The position numbers and the translations under genes were made by a program. A stretch of DNA of 64,000 nucleotides from Klebsormidium nitens (Eukaryota; Plantae; Klebsormidiophyceae): NCBI GenBank assembly GCA_000708835.1, contig DF237341.1, positions 23,108 through 87,107 on the forward strand. The letters run 5' to 3'. Shown here one piece after another: positions 1 to 12,716 of the stretch (its first letter is position 1; each line of letters begins with the position of its first letter). The notes under the pieces were generated by a model. It searched no databases. It saw nothing but the letters and a program-made list of their open reading frames with translations, and was not told where the DNA came from.

Positions 1-44
1 TGTGCTGGCCGCGGCCCTCACGCATGCGTGCTTGCTGCCTGCAG

Positions 45-1025
45 GAGCGCCAGCGGGCGGCCAAAGCCGCGGCGGCCACGCGCAAGGCGGAGGAGGCGCG
101 GCAGGAGGAGCAGCGACGCGCTGAAGCGGCAGAGCACGGGGACGACGACTCCGACGAGGGCGCCCCCAGGAATATGTGGCACCAGGTCGGCATCCCCTCT
201 CGCACGGCCCTCTCGCGGCAGCTGTGGAGCCGCTCACCCGCGAAGTCTCACTGCAATTCCTTCTTCTCTTCCAGTCCCGTGTCGCTTGGGCCTGCTAGTG
301 GTGCGAGGTGCTGTGCGTCCTGTGCTGAATGCCTGGCCGCCCGGGCCGGCCCTGCTGATGCGCTTCTCACTGCTGCTCGCCCCCCGCAGGTTGCCGGCAC
401 TGTGGCGTTTGCGGTCGCCCTCTTCTTCCTGTGGCCAAAAGACTCGCGAAAACGGGTCGCCTCCCGCAGGTATGTGGCCCCCCACCCAAGGCTCGCCCTG
501 CCGCCGCTGCCGCTGGGCCCCTGCCGCTCGGTGTGAGCGTCTCAGGCCCCTGCTGCCCGCCACGTCAGTCCCGCGTGCTGACCCTCCTGTCGGCGGTGCT
601 GTGCTCCTGCAGGCGCGTCAAGGTCAGCGGCGGCCGGTACATCGTCCAGAAGGGCGACTCGCTGGAGACCATAGTCGGCCGCATGTGCTACAACCCAGAA
701 TCCGACTTTTACAAGATGAACCCAGGGGTAGGTCATGCCAGCTACTCCTACCTGGGACCGTGCATCGGCAGTCTCGAATACCTTGCTTGAAGTATGCAGG
801 TGAATCCTTTGAGGTGCTCTTTCGGTCCAAATCTGTCCTTAGACCGTACGAATTGATTGGCTAAGCTTCGCAAGAAGTATACTGGGAGTGGGCTGCCAAA
901 TCTGAGAGCTGGCGTCTTCTGTGGCCCTCGATAGTGACGTGTCGGAAACCCGTTTCCACCTGCAGGTCTGTGATCGAAACACAATCTACCCAGGCCAAGT
1001 GCTTCGAGTACCAGAGTATCAGTAG
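45..1025 (+). CDS. Membrane-anchored LysM-domain protein (5' partial; exons 45-185, 390-469, 613-727, 966-1025)
   Basis: Canonical ag/gt junctions join in frame to ...ERQRAAKAAAATRKAEEARQEEQRR...VAGTVAFAVALFFLWP (TM) KDSRKRVASRRRVKVSGGRYIVQKGDSLETIVGRMCYNPESDFYKMNPGVCDRNTIYPGQVLRVPEYQ*. YxVxxGDSL...NP...IYPGQxLxVP is the LysM signature. The start lies upstream of the window. Confidence 0.85.
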
Positions 1026-2827
1026 GGTGGTGCGGAACCGTCGGTTTGCGTGCTTCTGTAAGGCTTGGCGTCGTTGTGTGTGCCTTGGTAGGCGGCTCTT
1101 GTGCGTCACGTGATGCAGGCGCCCCTACCATCGGTAAGTGACCCGGACAAGCGAGGCGATGAAGGCTCCAGGAGATGTCATGTGATTGCAGGCAGTGTGT
1201 ACGAAGAGTTGCAGTCATCCGGAGCCTGGATTCTATTCCGTCTTCGCTCTTTATCACAGATATTGAATCTTGGGGACTGCTGTTCCATGTAAGTTGACAG
1301 TTTACAATTTGCTAGAAAAGGTGACCATGCGGAGTTGCCCCCCTTCGGAGCTCTAGACGATTCTCTCCCTATGTTTCCTTGGGGACTCAACTGGCCATCT
1401 GAATGTTGCGATCTGCATGGAAGACCATGCATGATCTGTTTCATGCACGAAGGACCTACTAACTTAACAAATACGCACACGTATCATGCAGACGTGAACC
1501 AGATTTGGCATGTATGATGCACGTTCACACACCATGGATGCTATAAGATTGATGCAACCCAATCTGGTCGCTGATGCTCCTACGTCTGGATTTGACACTT
1601 GTCGTATCACGGTTCATGGTAGGTAGGTTATAGTATGATTGCATCATGATCCAGATGTTCGCGGCAAATATATGTCCCCTTATCGACCGTAATATTCTGG
1701 CTATGTAACCTAGCTTTAATTCAATTCGCAGTATAGAGTGCTTCCTCATGTACGCACTAGCTGAATGCGAATTTCTAAGACGTCCCGAGATGGAATTTCA
1801 AACCGTGAATTAGCACGTGTTGCTAACGTCAGTGCTCTTCGATTTACTACCACATGTTTATGTTTTTGAAGCGCCTGTCAGGCGCTAGATCGCATGAGAC
1901 CATTGCCGCCAGCATAGAAAGCGAACCTTCCATGACTGACGAGATATAAGGGAGCCTGCATGTTTCGTCATATGCATGTACGCAATGTGCCATGGATTGA
2001 AGCCTATGGCCGCACAGCCGGCTACGGCTTTCCTGACAATGACCAGCTTATGTTTTGACTGTCTCATAGACTGTCGCGCATGCATGTCGAATTATATAGG
2101 AATAGGCAGTGTATTGCCGGAAACGATTTAAGCAGCATGCAATGTCATGAAAAGGTAACTTCAAGTTGATGCACGACAGTAGCTATGCAGGCGCAACTCT
2201 CACTGGACAAGAATGATGAATGACCAGGCGACCGTCTACAGTATACTACCATCTATTGCAAAACTTGTTTGCTGCATTTCTGATCTAAGCAGGAGAAAGT
2301 CAACGGGGCCAATTGGAGCTAATTTTTTCCCAATTGACGAATTGCTACCGACCTTACTGCATGTGCCTAGCTTGTCTTACAAGAGAGGATCGTCCGCTTA
2401 AAATGCGTCACGATCTGTACATTGCACGGTTCGTAACGCGGGTTGCGGTTGATCGTGGTATCCTTTTGAGTACTAGTCTCTAGGCTTCTGAGCTGGACGG
2501 CAGCCACTGACTGACCAGGCGGCCGAGTACCGCGTCAAGGTGCAAAGCTGCGAACCAGATGTAGCGCTTGCACAATTCTTACTTTTCACGGGGACCCTAT
2601 GGATAAATCCTTTGTCTTAAAACTATACCTAGCCGTACCCAGTTAAGGGTTCACCTGAATGTTGAGGTCGAGGGAAGTGCGACCTCGTGTATCTTTTCAA
2701 GGGCATCACCTGATGCTCCTTGTTCTGCCTCAACATAGACTGGTCCTCTGCAAAAGGCTGCAACTCCTACCGGAACCCTGTTCCAACATGACTCTCTAAA
2801 CACCTCTGTCAACTTCCCCCTCAATTG

Positions 2828-2931
2828 CATAATAGCAACACTTCCGTCGATCTTGCGTGCGTCATAATAGCAAGACTTCCGTCGATCTTGCCTGCGTCAT
2901 AATAGCAACACTTTCGTCGATCTTGCGTGCG
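2828..2931. repeat. Tandem repeat, 3 x 35 bp (cataatagcaacacttccgtcgatcttgcgtgcgt)
   Basis: Three near-identical head-to-tail units with 1-2 substitutions each and no spacers, ending about 20 bp past the pfkB stop codon. Confidence 0.9.
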
Positions 2932-2949
2932 CCACGGTCAACAACCGCG

Positions 2950-5771
2950 TCATGTGCACGCTGCACCGACTTGCGCTCCCTGTGGCGCCAGCGATCCCGC
3001 CTGCTGCGCGCGCATCCAGTCCCAGCCCGCCGGGCCGACCTCCCCCCCCAGCTCGCGGATGACGGCGCCCCCCGCGGCGCAGCCCAGGCGGCAGCACTCC
3101 TCCAGCGGCCGCCCGCGCAGCAGGCCCGACAGGAAGCCGCTCGCAAACAGGTCGCCCGCGCCCGTCGTGTCCAGTGGCCGCGCGTTGGGCAGGGCCGGGA
3201 TGCGCACCGCCTGTGCACACGACCCGCCAACCGGGTGTCAATCAAGAGGCGAGAGCATGGGAGACTCGTAGAGCAGGCAGAGGGGGAAGTGCGGGGTCCA
3301 CGAGGTACAACGCGCGTCGGCAGTCCGTCCCCATGAGGAGAATGCGGAAGCCCTGGAGCTCAAGCCCCTCTTCAACATGATAGCCGCTCGGCAACGGCCG
3401 AACCCCAACAACCTTTAACAACCGCCAGCAGCCGGCGACGGGCGAACTCTTCAGTTGATTGTCTTTGGAGCAGTCTTGTCAGCGAGTGTGCTGCAGGCTC
3501 CACCCATCGGTAGTCTCATTGAAAGTCTCGACGGTGAGACAGAGCGCCATCGCAAGGGCCCTCTCGGCGTGCCAGTGCGGGGGCCTGACCTGGCGGCCGG
3601 CGGTGCGGGCGATGCAGCCGCGCGGGCCGAGCATGACGACCACGGTGGGGCACCACTGCGCCAGCACGTCCAGCGCAGCCTCCGCAGCGCATACGGGCCC
3701 CTGACCGGCATCCAAGTCCCTGCATATGAGCACGCACCGATCAGGGGAGAGGCGTCAGAGGCACAACAGACAGGATTGCCACAGCGGCACGTCATCGCAG
3801 CCCCATGCAACTGGTTTTAAAAATCGACAACACATATGACGGCAACAACTGGCTGCACCACCCCGCAGCGAGGGCACCTTTGCCTGGCTGGCCCAGGCGT
3901 GGCTGACCTGACGAGTTCGCGCGCCTCGTCCTCGTTGGCGAAGCAGAGGTCCACCTGGCGCGACTGCAGCAGCGCCAGAAGCTGCGGCTTGAATGCGCGC
4001 ACCACCTGCGACAAGGGGCACTGCGTCAGCACACGACCAGGGGTTGGGGAAAGAGCAGGGCAACGCATACGCGAGCGGTGGCACAGGAAGCCGCTCCTCC
4101 GCAGTCCGACCTCGCGGCCACATCCGCTGCTCCGCCTCACCTCGAAGCTGGCAAAGTCGAGGCAGACGCGGGCCCCCGCCGCCTTGGCCAGGGCCACCGC
4201 GCGCTCCAGCAGGCCCGCGCCATATAGGGCGTACCCATTCGCCGCCAGCCACTGCACACACAAACTCGCTTACTGACACACAGGGGACAAACGGATTGCT
4301 AAGTACGGATGAGAGATTTGGGCTCTGACAGCGCAAAGAGGCCCAACACCGCAGCCTCCCCCAACAAACGCCTCTTCAGCAAACGTCGAGTGGAACCAAG
4401 AGGCCGCCTCCAACCCCCGTTTTGTCTTCTGGCTGGCTGTCCAGTGAGCGTACCTGCGCCCCTTCTAGGTCGTGCACCGTGAGCTCGTCCGCCTGCAACC
4501 GTACGGCGTCCTGCATGCATGTGCGCATCGTGCGGCCCCCCTCGTCGTCAACCAGGCACACACACTGCGCAGCAAGGCAGGCACCCGTGAGGCAGGACCC
4601 ACCGCAGCTGTCTTCACAAGAGTGGCAGCGAATCCGCAGAGACAGCGCCCTCACGACGAAGGGGAAGCAGGAGGAAGCTGGCCACTGATGCCAGGGGGGA
4701 GTGCGCGGCCGGGACAAGGAGCCGGTCTCCTGCCGGCCCTAGCTGCGGTGATGCGCCAGCTGATAGTCCAACTGCGCTGCGCTCACCTGCCCCGTCAGCC
4801 CGGCCTTTCTACGGAGGCGGTGCAGCTCCACACCGGCCCCTGCCATGCTCGTGGCAAACCTGGCACACACAACAAGGATGCTCAGGGTGGATGCTTAGGC
4901 AACAAGCCCCGCTAGCAGAAGAGTTTTTGGTGCCCACCAAGAGCACCCGATGAGTGTGGTTCTTATCTCTTCACACCCAGAACAGACACACACTCTAACA
5001 GACACGAGCCAGGGCCTTGATCAGATCTGGGCCGCGGAATAGGCTGTGCTCATCGGGCAAGGTGAGGCCCCGTTGCTCATGACCCCGGGCGGAGGCAGAG
5101 CGGAGAACAGCAGAGGGCAGCGTGGCGTACATGTGGCCCAGGTCATCGTCACCCGCAGCCCCCAGCATGACCGCACGCACGCCAAAGCCGCTGGCCAGCC
5201 CGCGCAATGTGTTGGCCACACTTCCCCCCGCCAGCGTGCGAATGCTGTGCCCCTCTGCAGCGGAGGCAGGGCAGGCGCGCACCCCGACCAGCAGCTGAGC
5301 CAGCGCCTCGGGAGACACCTGCAGGAGCGGCCCATGCAGCATTGGCAATGGTGCGCACGACAGCGGGGGGCACCTCGCAAGCTGCGCTGATGTCAGCCTC
5401 CCACTAGAGGCGGTGCGCATCATGAAAGCCACGTCGCACATTGACACACCGAACCCAAGCAGCTGGAGGCAAGCTGCAACAGTACCACCAGCTCAGCTCG
5501 AGTGCAACCACTGTTGCCAGCTGGAGTGTGCCAACGAGCAAGAGGGGCTGGAGCGCACCCGGACGGAGCCGCCCCGCTCCCCCGGGATGCTCTCCACAAA
5601 TGCGGTGGAGACGCGCGCTGCGTGGTCCACCAGCGCCACCGGCTGCAAGCCCACCACGAGAGGCTGCTGTGCGCGGTCCTCCGGAGCGGCCACCGGCGCC
5701 ATCAAATGTTGCGAGACAGCATCGCACGAAGCATCCGCCGCCGGGTTGGCAGCACCCACTGGCATCGTCAT
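2950..5771 (-). CDS. pfkB/ribokinase-family carbohydrate or nucleoside kinase, 8 exons
   Basis: Spliced product PLVVGLQPVALVDH...IPGERGGS...LAGGSVANTLRGLASGFGV...GDDDLG...CVCLVDDEGGRTMR...LDFASFEVVR...DLCFANEDEA...VVMLGPRGC...PLDTTGAGDLFASGFLSGL...CRLGCAAGGAVIRELGGE. DTTGAGD is the pfkB anion-hole signature. From memory it matches the plant pfkB subfamily of Arabidopsis At1g19600. The start ATG at 5771 is the best guess. Confidence 0.93.
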
Positions 5772-6717
5772 GCCGAGCTTCTTGCAGGCACGGGAAAGGC
5801 GGCCCTAGGTAGAGCCTAGGTCAGCCCTTCCCAAGGCCCGCCACCACCGCTTCGCTTGTCACATGCATGGGTACATGTGCACAGGGCCGCGCTAGGGCTG
5901 CCACTGCACAGCATTCGTCGATTTACTACCATGTTGCTCCAGGCCCGTTGCCAGTGCCGTTTCTGTCGTCTTCTACACTGCTTTGCGGATCCCGTTTTGC
6001 CCAACCTGCTGGGTTAAATTATCTGTAGCTACCCAGGTCCCACATTGCCTCCAAGGACTCCTGAAATAGGTAGGTTGAGGACTACCACGTTCTACCAAAC
6101 CACACTTTCATATTGAGGGTGTCAAAGCGGTTTACGAATCCACAGCCGGTTTTATTGGCACTTCTGAACCGTCCAGTTCCAACAAAATCGCCGGTCAACG
6201 GCTGAGAGATGTCCAAAGCAATGAGCTAGTTAACATTACGAACATGAAGGTTTCGATGCCAGAGGAGTGCGCCTTGGATTTGTTGAACGGGGGAGTGTGA
6301 ATATGCTATTGCCTCAAAGAATCTTGCTTGGGTAACGGTGAACCCACGTTGAAGCGGAGCGTTTCGTCATCGTATCATCCTTGAACACGGTGGAATCTCC
6401 ATTGCGCGCCAGATACCGAGCTGCGAAAGGAGCATTTGAAACAGCTGGCGCCCCTGGAGGAACATGCTCATTGCTGAATGCAAGAGAGCAATTGACGCTG
6501 CTGGGGAAGGAACCGTATCTCAAAATATCTCCATTGCAGCAAGACGTTCCTCATGCAGTTGCTATAGCGTTGCGTTCTTGGTGAAGACGTTGAGCTGTCC
6601 TCTTGAGGTTGCGCAGCCTTCTCAATTACGCGGCTCGGACAAAGTGCTGTTTGAAAGTGAGAGTCATAGTTGGCTGCCCATCAGCATTGCTTTGCCAAGT
6701 ATCTCCATCCTGGGAAA

Positions 6718-9700
6718 ATGGCCCGAGCGATGGTGGCCGCGCAGCTGTCTGCCCTGCCCATCGGGACCGGCGTCACAGGTTCGTGCTGCGCCGGGAGTGG
6801 CAGCTCCGCGCGCACCTGTTTGCTCCCTCGTCCAATGATGGCTCCAGTGCGCATCAAGCACAGTGTGCCTAGCCACAGCTTCTTGGGTACCTCAGAGGGT
6901 CTCCTGGGGGTGGCCCCCTGCGCGCCTGGCCGGGCCAGCAGCCGGGGCATCGCGGCGGTGGCGTCCTCCGAGGTGGCGGCCCCAGTGGCTGCGCAGCAGC
7001 CGGGCGAGGGGGCCAAGGAGGAGGTGGCACCTGTGAGGAAGGGGAAGCGCATTGCCATGTTTGTGGAGCCATCCCCATTTGCGTAAGTGTGCCCTGGCTA
7101 AGGCCCTCTCAAGTGATCGCGCATCTTGCAGCAGTCCGCAGAATGTATTGTGCCAGCAGGCAGATCTGTAAAAGGTTCAACCTCGCGCTTGATTGTGACA
7201 CTTCCAATCAAGCGCAATTTTCAAGTGAACTTGCTTCTGAACCGTGTGTATTGATCTTGTCGCTTGCTTGCTTGCCTTGCAGCTACATCTGCGGGTACAA
7301 GAATCGCTTTCAGAACCTGATCCGCTTCCTGCAAGAGCAGGGCGACGAGGTAGGTGGCCATTTTCTGCAGGAGACGACTACCTCCTATGCTCGGCACTGT
7401 CGACAGTTGACTGTAGTGTGTGCTATCTTTCAAAAGCAGTGCCTATCCTCTGACCTTTGTTATCCTTATGGTTCCTTCCTTTGTGTAGTCATCCTTTGTA
7501 TAGTCACTCCGAACAATATGATGTCACCCTGTCCCGTCTGGGGCTCCCTGCCCGTGTGCTGCGATGCCTGATGGGAGTGTTGCTGGGCGTGTGTGCAGGT
7601 GCTGGTGGTGACCACGCATCATGGGGCCCCTGCGGAGTGGTATGGGGCCAAGGTGGTCCCGTCCTGGAGGTGAGCCATGCTCATGTCTTGGCCCATGCCA
7701 GGCAGGGGACCATCCCCTTGCCTAATCACCGGTAAAATCGTTGTGTGTGTTGTTACTCTGTTTGCCCCCACCTGCAGGCTACCTCCTGGTTGACCTTCTT
7801 TCTCCCCCTCCCTACTTTGCTTGCAGTTTCCCCTGCCCCTTCTACCCGATCTTGCCGCTCTCGCTCGCTGCCAGCCCGCGCATCTTCAACTACGTCAAAA
7901 ACTTCCAGCCTGACCTCATCCACGTCTCCACCCCTGGCATCATGGTAAGGCCCTCATGTTAATCTCTGTTGACACAGTGAGAGGCATACGGTGCCAGGGG
8001 GCCTTTGGCACTCTGGAGGTCTGGCAGGGTCTGTTCCTTGGTCCCTTTGGTGCATCATGCCTGCACCCTTGCTTGTGCTGCTGCTAGCCGCTCATGCTTC
8101 TAACCGTGGTGGAAAGTGTCCATTGGAATGAAAATCTACTGTTGTGCTGCAGTGCTTTGGCGCGCTGCTGTTTGCCAAGCTTCTGAGCATCCCCATCGTG
8201 ATGTCGTACCACACGCACGTCCCCAAGTACATCCCCCAGTACACCTTCTCATTTCTGGTGGAGCCCATGTGGGCCGTCATCAGTAAGTTATGCCCAACTG
8301 TTGTCCTCTGCATCTTGTCCCCTGTCCTGCCCATTGTATTCAGGCCATTCAAGACCCCTCAGTCTGCTGTGCTGGTTTAAGTCGTTGTGGCCCTCACTCC
8401 TGGTTTGACCTGGGACTAACCTGGTGTGTTTGTGTGCCATCTCAGGGTTCCTGCATAACGCGGCCACCTTGACGCTGGCCACCTCAGAGGAGATGCGCAA
8501 GGAGATGGTCAGCTTCGGCGCAGCGACAGGTACGCTGTCCATCTCCTAGCTCTGCGCCACCCCCCTGTCTCATTTCCATTGATATACTGCCCTAGCCTAG
8601 GGACTTGGTGCACTATTGTGCGGTTCTTTTTCTTTGACTGACGGTCTTGGTGGTCGTGCAGTGACCCGCATCAAGGTGTGGCGCAAGGGCGTGGACGCAG
8701 AGCTGTTCCACCCCCGCTTCACCAGTGCGCTCTGGCGGAACAAGCTCAGGTATATGCTTGCTCATACCCAGCTTCGCAAGTAGTTTGGAAAGGTCTCTGG
8801 ACAGATCGTGTAGCTTCATCTTGCAGCTTCAGTCTTGTAGACCATGGGGTTCACCCTAATTGCGCGGTTAAGCAGGCTGTCCTTTTGTACGAAGGGTGAA
8901 AGTCAATTTTCATCATGGCTGCGGAAGTTACGACTTTTCTTGGTGATCGTCAGAGGCCAGTCTTTGACGCTGTTAGTTCCATAATGACAGTTCAACGAGG
9001 TCCTTGGAGCTGCCTGACTACTTTGAGAGTACCAGACCTTTCGCACTTGTTTCTCCTTGATCGTCTCGCACTTTCTCTTTCTCACCCCCTCACATCCTCT
9101 CCCATTTTTAAAACCCCCTTGCCTCTTCAGACTCGTCGACCTTTACAAAGTCTCTTCCCTCGCCTGTTGTATTCGTCATCAGAATTTCGACACCTTGTGG
9201 TTCAAGAGGATTTTGAGCAAGATTTTCGCACTCACTCACGTTTGACCCTGGATAGCAGCCACCCTTGGGAGGAGCCGTATCACGACCATGTTGTAAGCGA
9301 CACATCAACTAGACATCAGCGTCCTGCAGCCGCCTGCCTAATTTGCCACCTGTCCTGTTCTCATCTCCCCCCTTCCACATGGCTGGGCCTCATTGCCTCC
9401 CCCGGTGCTTGTGCAGTGACGGGCAGCCTGATCGCCCGCTGATTGTCCATGTGGGGCGCCTGGGAGCGGAGAAGAATCTGCCCTTCCTCAAGGAGTGAGT
9501 CCTGCCTGCCTGCCTTCCTGTCGCCGTGTGCCTCTGATTGTCAGAACGGGAGGAGGGAGAACGTGGACTTCCGAACCAATACCTAAAGACCCCTCCTAGC
9601 TATAATCCTCGGGCTGCTCAGTTCCACTAACTTGGACCGTCGATTTAAGGGCTTCCATCCGTCCTGTCACCGTCCTCTCCGATCATTCTGCCGTCATGCC

Positions 9701-11561
9701 AAGAATTCGATCACGGTGCTGCCATCTCACTCCCACCAGACATTTCACCGCTGCCCTGTGTCGTCTCCAGGATCCTCCGCAGAATACCGGAGGCGCGCCT
9801 GGCCTTTGTTGGCGACGGCCCTGCCCGGTAAGCCGCCAACCTGCCCCTCGCCCAGGCAGGCCCACCGGGGTCCTCCATGCTCCGAATGTGTGCCCCACCC
9901 CGCGGTACTTTCCCGTGCCCGGCACACCTAGTGTAGGCCTACTCTAATGTCGGATAGTGCCAGTACAGAGTCCCCTGGATGAGAGCCGCTTCCTGCATGT
10001 CCCATCAGTTGATGTCCTTCTGACCCTCGCTGCTGTTCACTGCGCCAGGCCCGAGCTAGAGCAGCTGTTCCAAGACACACCCACCGTCTTTACTGGTATG
10101 CTCTCGGTGAGTGGCCGCCCGCTCACCATTCTCGTTGGCAGACCAAAAGATGTCGACTTGGCAGTTTTGGCCGGCCTCTCATCAGACTTCCACTTTCCGA
10201 CGGGAAGCGAAGAGCTACTCCCTGCAGAGGTTTGGAGCGAAGCAGGGGGCAATAGCCCCATTAGTGGCCGGCCTTTGGAGTTGGTGCGATTCGGTCTGTT
10301 GCTCGTAGCCTTATGGAGGCTTATCGGAGCTCTTCTGCACGTGGGCGGCTTGAAATGAGAAGAAGATTCTGGCCACCTGCTGCTACTGCAGCAGCAAGGT
10401 GGTTGCGATTGATGACAGCCTGGAGGATCTGAAAATAATCAAAAACTCGTAAACGGCAGGTTCGCTGAAAATTTTTCTATCATACCGACCAGAAGATAAG
10501 AAGTAACTGAGAAATCGACAGCTTTTTGAAAAGGGTCTTTTCTGGATGACCGTCTCTGGGTGGGAGGTTACATCTCTGCCTGCTGCTCCTGGTGAGCGGT
10601 GGCGCCCTGCTTGCCTTCGTGACCGGCCTGGCCCTCCCCCACGGTCGGTTGGGCGGGCCTGCAGCCCGCTTCGTGTCTGTAGCACTGCCTGCTGTTTGTC
10701 CTGACTGCGCAAGTGCGGGGTTGGTGGTGGTGCAGGGCGAGGACTTGTCCGCGGCGTACGCCAGTGCGGACGCCTTCTTCACGCCCAGCGAGAGCGAGAC
10801 GCTAGGCTTCGTGGTGCTGGAAGCCATGGCCAGCGGCACCCCGGTGGTCGCCGCGCGTGCCGGCGGGATCCCCGACATTGTTGACAAGGACGGAGAAACG
10901 GTGCGGCGCTTCACCACTCCCATCCGGCCCGCCCACTCTTGTAGTGCTACATTCCGTGGCCCACTCGAATCCGATAAAGAATTAGGAAGTCACGGGACAC
11001 TTTTCCTGGGAGGAACCTGTCAACATGGGGTATGCGAAACGTTGTGGCTCAGAATAAGACAGGATTATGGGGACGACAGCCAGGCGTATATGCAACATTG
11101 ATTATGAGGGCCCCTGCGGACATACTAATTTTGATTGCTTTCTCCCATGTGTGTGCAGGGCTTCTTGTACACGCCAGGGGATGTCGACGATGCCGTGGCC
11201 AAGCTGCGGCGGCTCCTCTTTGACCGCGACTTCAATGCCAAGGTGGGAAGTGCCGCTTCTACTTTGAGTGCAACATAACTGGGAAAGCAACAGCAGTGAA
11301 CTTTAGAAGGTGTCCTGCTGCGCCTTCTGGACTGCGTGCCCTCCAATGGTACTCGCCTCTGTCTTGCTGAAGCTCGCTCGTCTCGTGTTCCAGATGGCGG
11401 CGGCCGGGCGTGCGGACGTGGAGAACTACGACTGGCGGGCATCGACGCGGCAAGTGAGCGAGGACGGGTACAACACGGCGCTGCGGCTGTGGCAGCAGAG
11501 CCGGCAGGCGACGAGCGACTGGTGGCCGTGGTGGACCAAGAAGGCCGAGTGGCAGGCCTAG
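6718..11561 (+). CDS. SQD2: Sulfoquinovosyldiacylglycerol synthase (GT4 glycosyltransferase), plastid-targeted, 13 exons
   Basis: Ala/Ser-rich transit peptide, then KRIAMFVEPSPFA-YICGYKNRFQN...SFPCPFY...LSLAASPRI...IVMSYHTHVPKYIPQYTF...WRKGVDAELFHP...LIVHVGRLGAEKNL...FVGDGPAR...AYASADAFFTPSESETLGFVVLEAMASGTPVVAARAGGIPDI...YDWRAST. Motif-for-motif match to plant SQD2; all introns are GT-AG. Confidence 0.96.
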
Positions 11562-12716
11562 GTCAATGGCGGGGGGCAGCAATAGCAGATCGAAAGACCG
11601 GGGGGGAGGGGGGGCCCAAGGGAGCAATGGGGTTGCTTGCTGAGGCCGCGGCAGGTGGGAACACCCGAGCCCGTGGGGGAGTTCCCGTGGCCTTGTACAG
11701 TGACGTAGACGATTCTTGTAGGTTGAGGCACCTTATCCTCACGTACCGACCCAGTGTTTTATGCTAGGAATCAGCATATATATGAGCACGCACGACTGGG
11801 AACGCTGGTGGCCGATGGCCGGAAGTTAGGCTCTGCGCGTGTGGTTGTCTGCATAGCTCGAGGTAGCTAGCGTTGCTTGTTTTGGCTACACGAAGAGTCA
11901 GCTTTGCACTGGTGTTTGAGGATGCAGACGTGGTCGCTACTAACATATGCAGACCTAATTGGTGCGACTCGATTTTCTGCTCTGGGTATCGTTTGTCCGG
12001 CTTTCCGCCTCCCTTCTGTCATCGTGGCATGCCGGTCAAGTTCTTAGTAGTGCCTCAAAGTCTCTCTCGAATGGGCATAAGGGATTAGGTGTTGACCTGA
12101 TAACACACAAGGATGGATCAAACAGTGACTTGATAACACACCAAGAATCATGAACCGGTCTATATGTGATTAAGTCTTGCTGTCGAAGTTTGCAGTGGCG
12201 GGAAAGGGCACAGGAGGTGCGAGGATGCAATTTCTGAAAAGAAGAACGCACTGGATAGTGTATGTCTGCCAGCAATAGATTGCATCTATATGACTCCATC
12301 ACCGCTGACCTTACTATAACCATGCTATGGCCTAATGCGCTGCAACGGATTCTGTGCTCATGCAAAAGATATATATACTGAGCTCATACCACATTGCAAA
12401 ACGAGTATTGCAGACTGACTGCAATATGAACCATACATGTCGTGGGCAATTTAACAGTCCAATACATGAAGCATGCAATGGTATCCAACGAAAAATATTC
12501 AGAATTCATTCACTGTACTATGTAGAGGCTGCGGGTTGGCCCGGCTTGATTTACTTAAGTGCAGGCTACACTGAAGGTCAATTCAGTGTCGACGTAGGCT
12601 TGCATCTTGACGACAAGTGGTGCATGTGCGCCCCCGGATACACTGATCTCGCAATGGCACTAGTACATGTCAATCATACACGCCGCTTTGCTGACGAGGG
12701 AGGCGCTTCCTTCTCA

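Noticed and set aside
2458-2467. U12-type 5' splice-site match GTATCCTTTT
   Set aside because: It is intergenic, with no flanking exon or convincing TCCTTAAC branch site; a match of this length is expected by chance in 64 kb.
2828-2931. 35-bp repeats as a CRISPR array
   Set aside because: The units are directly adjacent with no unique spacers, there are no cas genes, and the context is eukaryotic.
8915-10358. 175-aa and 133-aa plus-strand ORFs inside SQD2
   Set aside because: They are intronic or exon read-through frames; the spliced SQD2 model explains the region completely.
12094-12180. Imperfect 33-bp duplication (gac[c/t]tgataacacac) with a partial inverted copy
   Set aside because: Too short and degenerate to assign as an element; only an 11-bp echo near 53850 was found.
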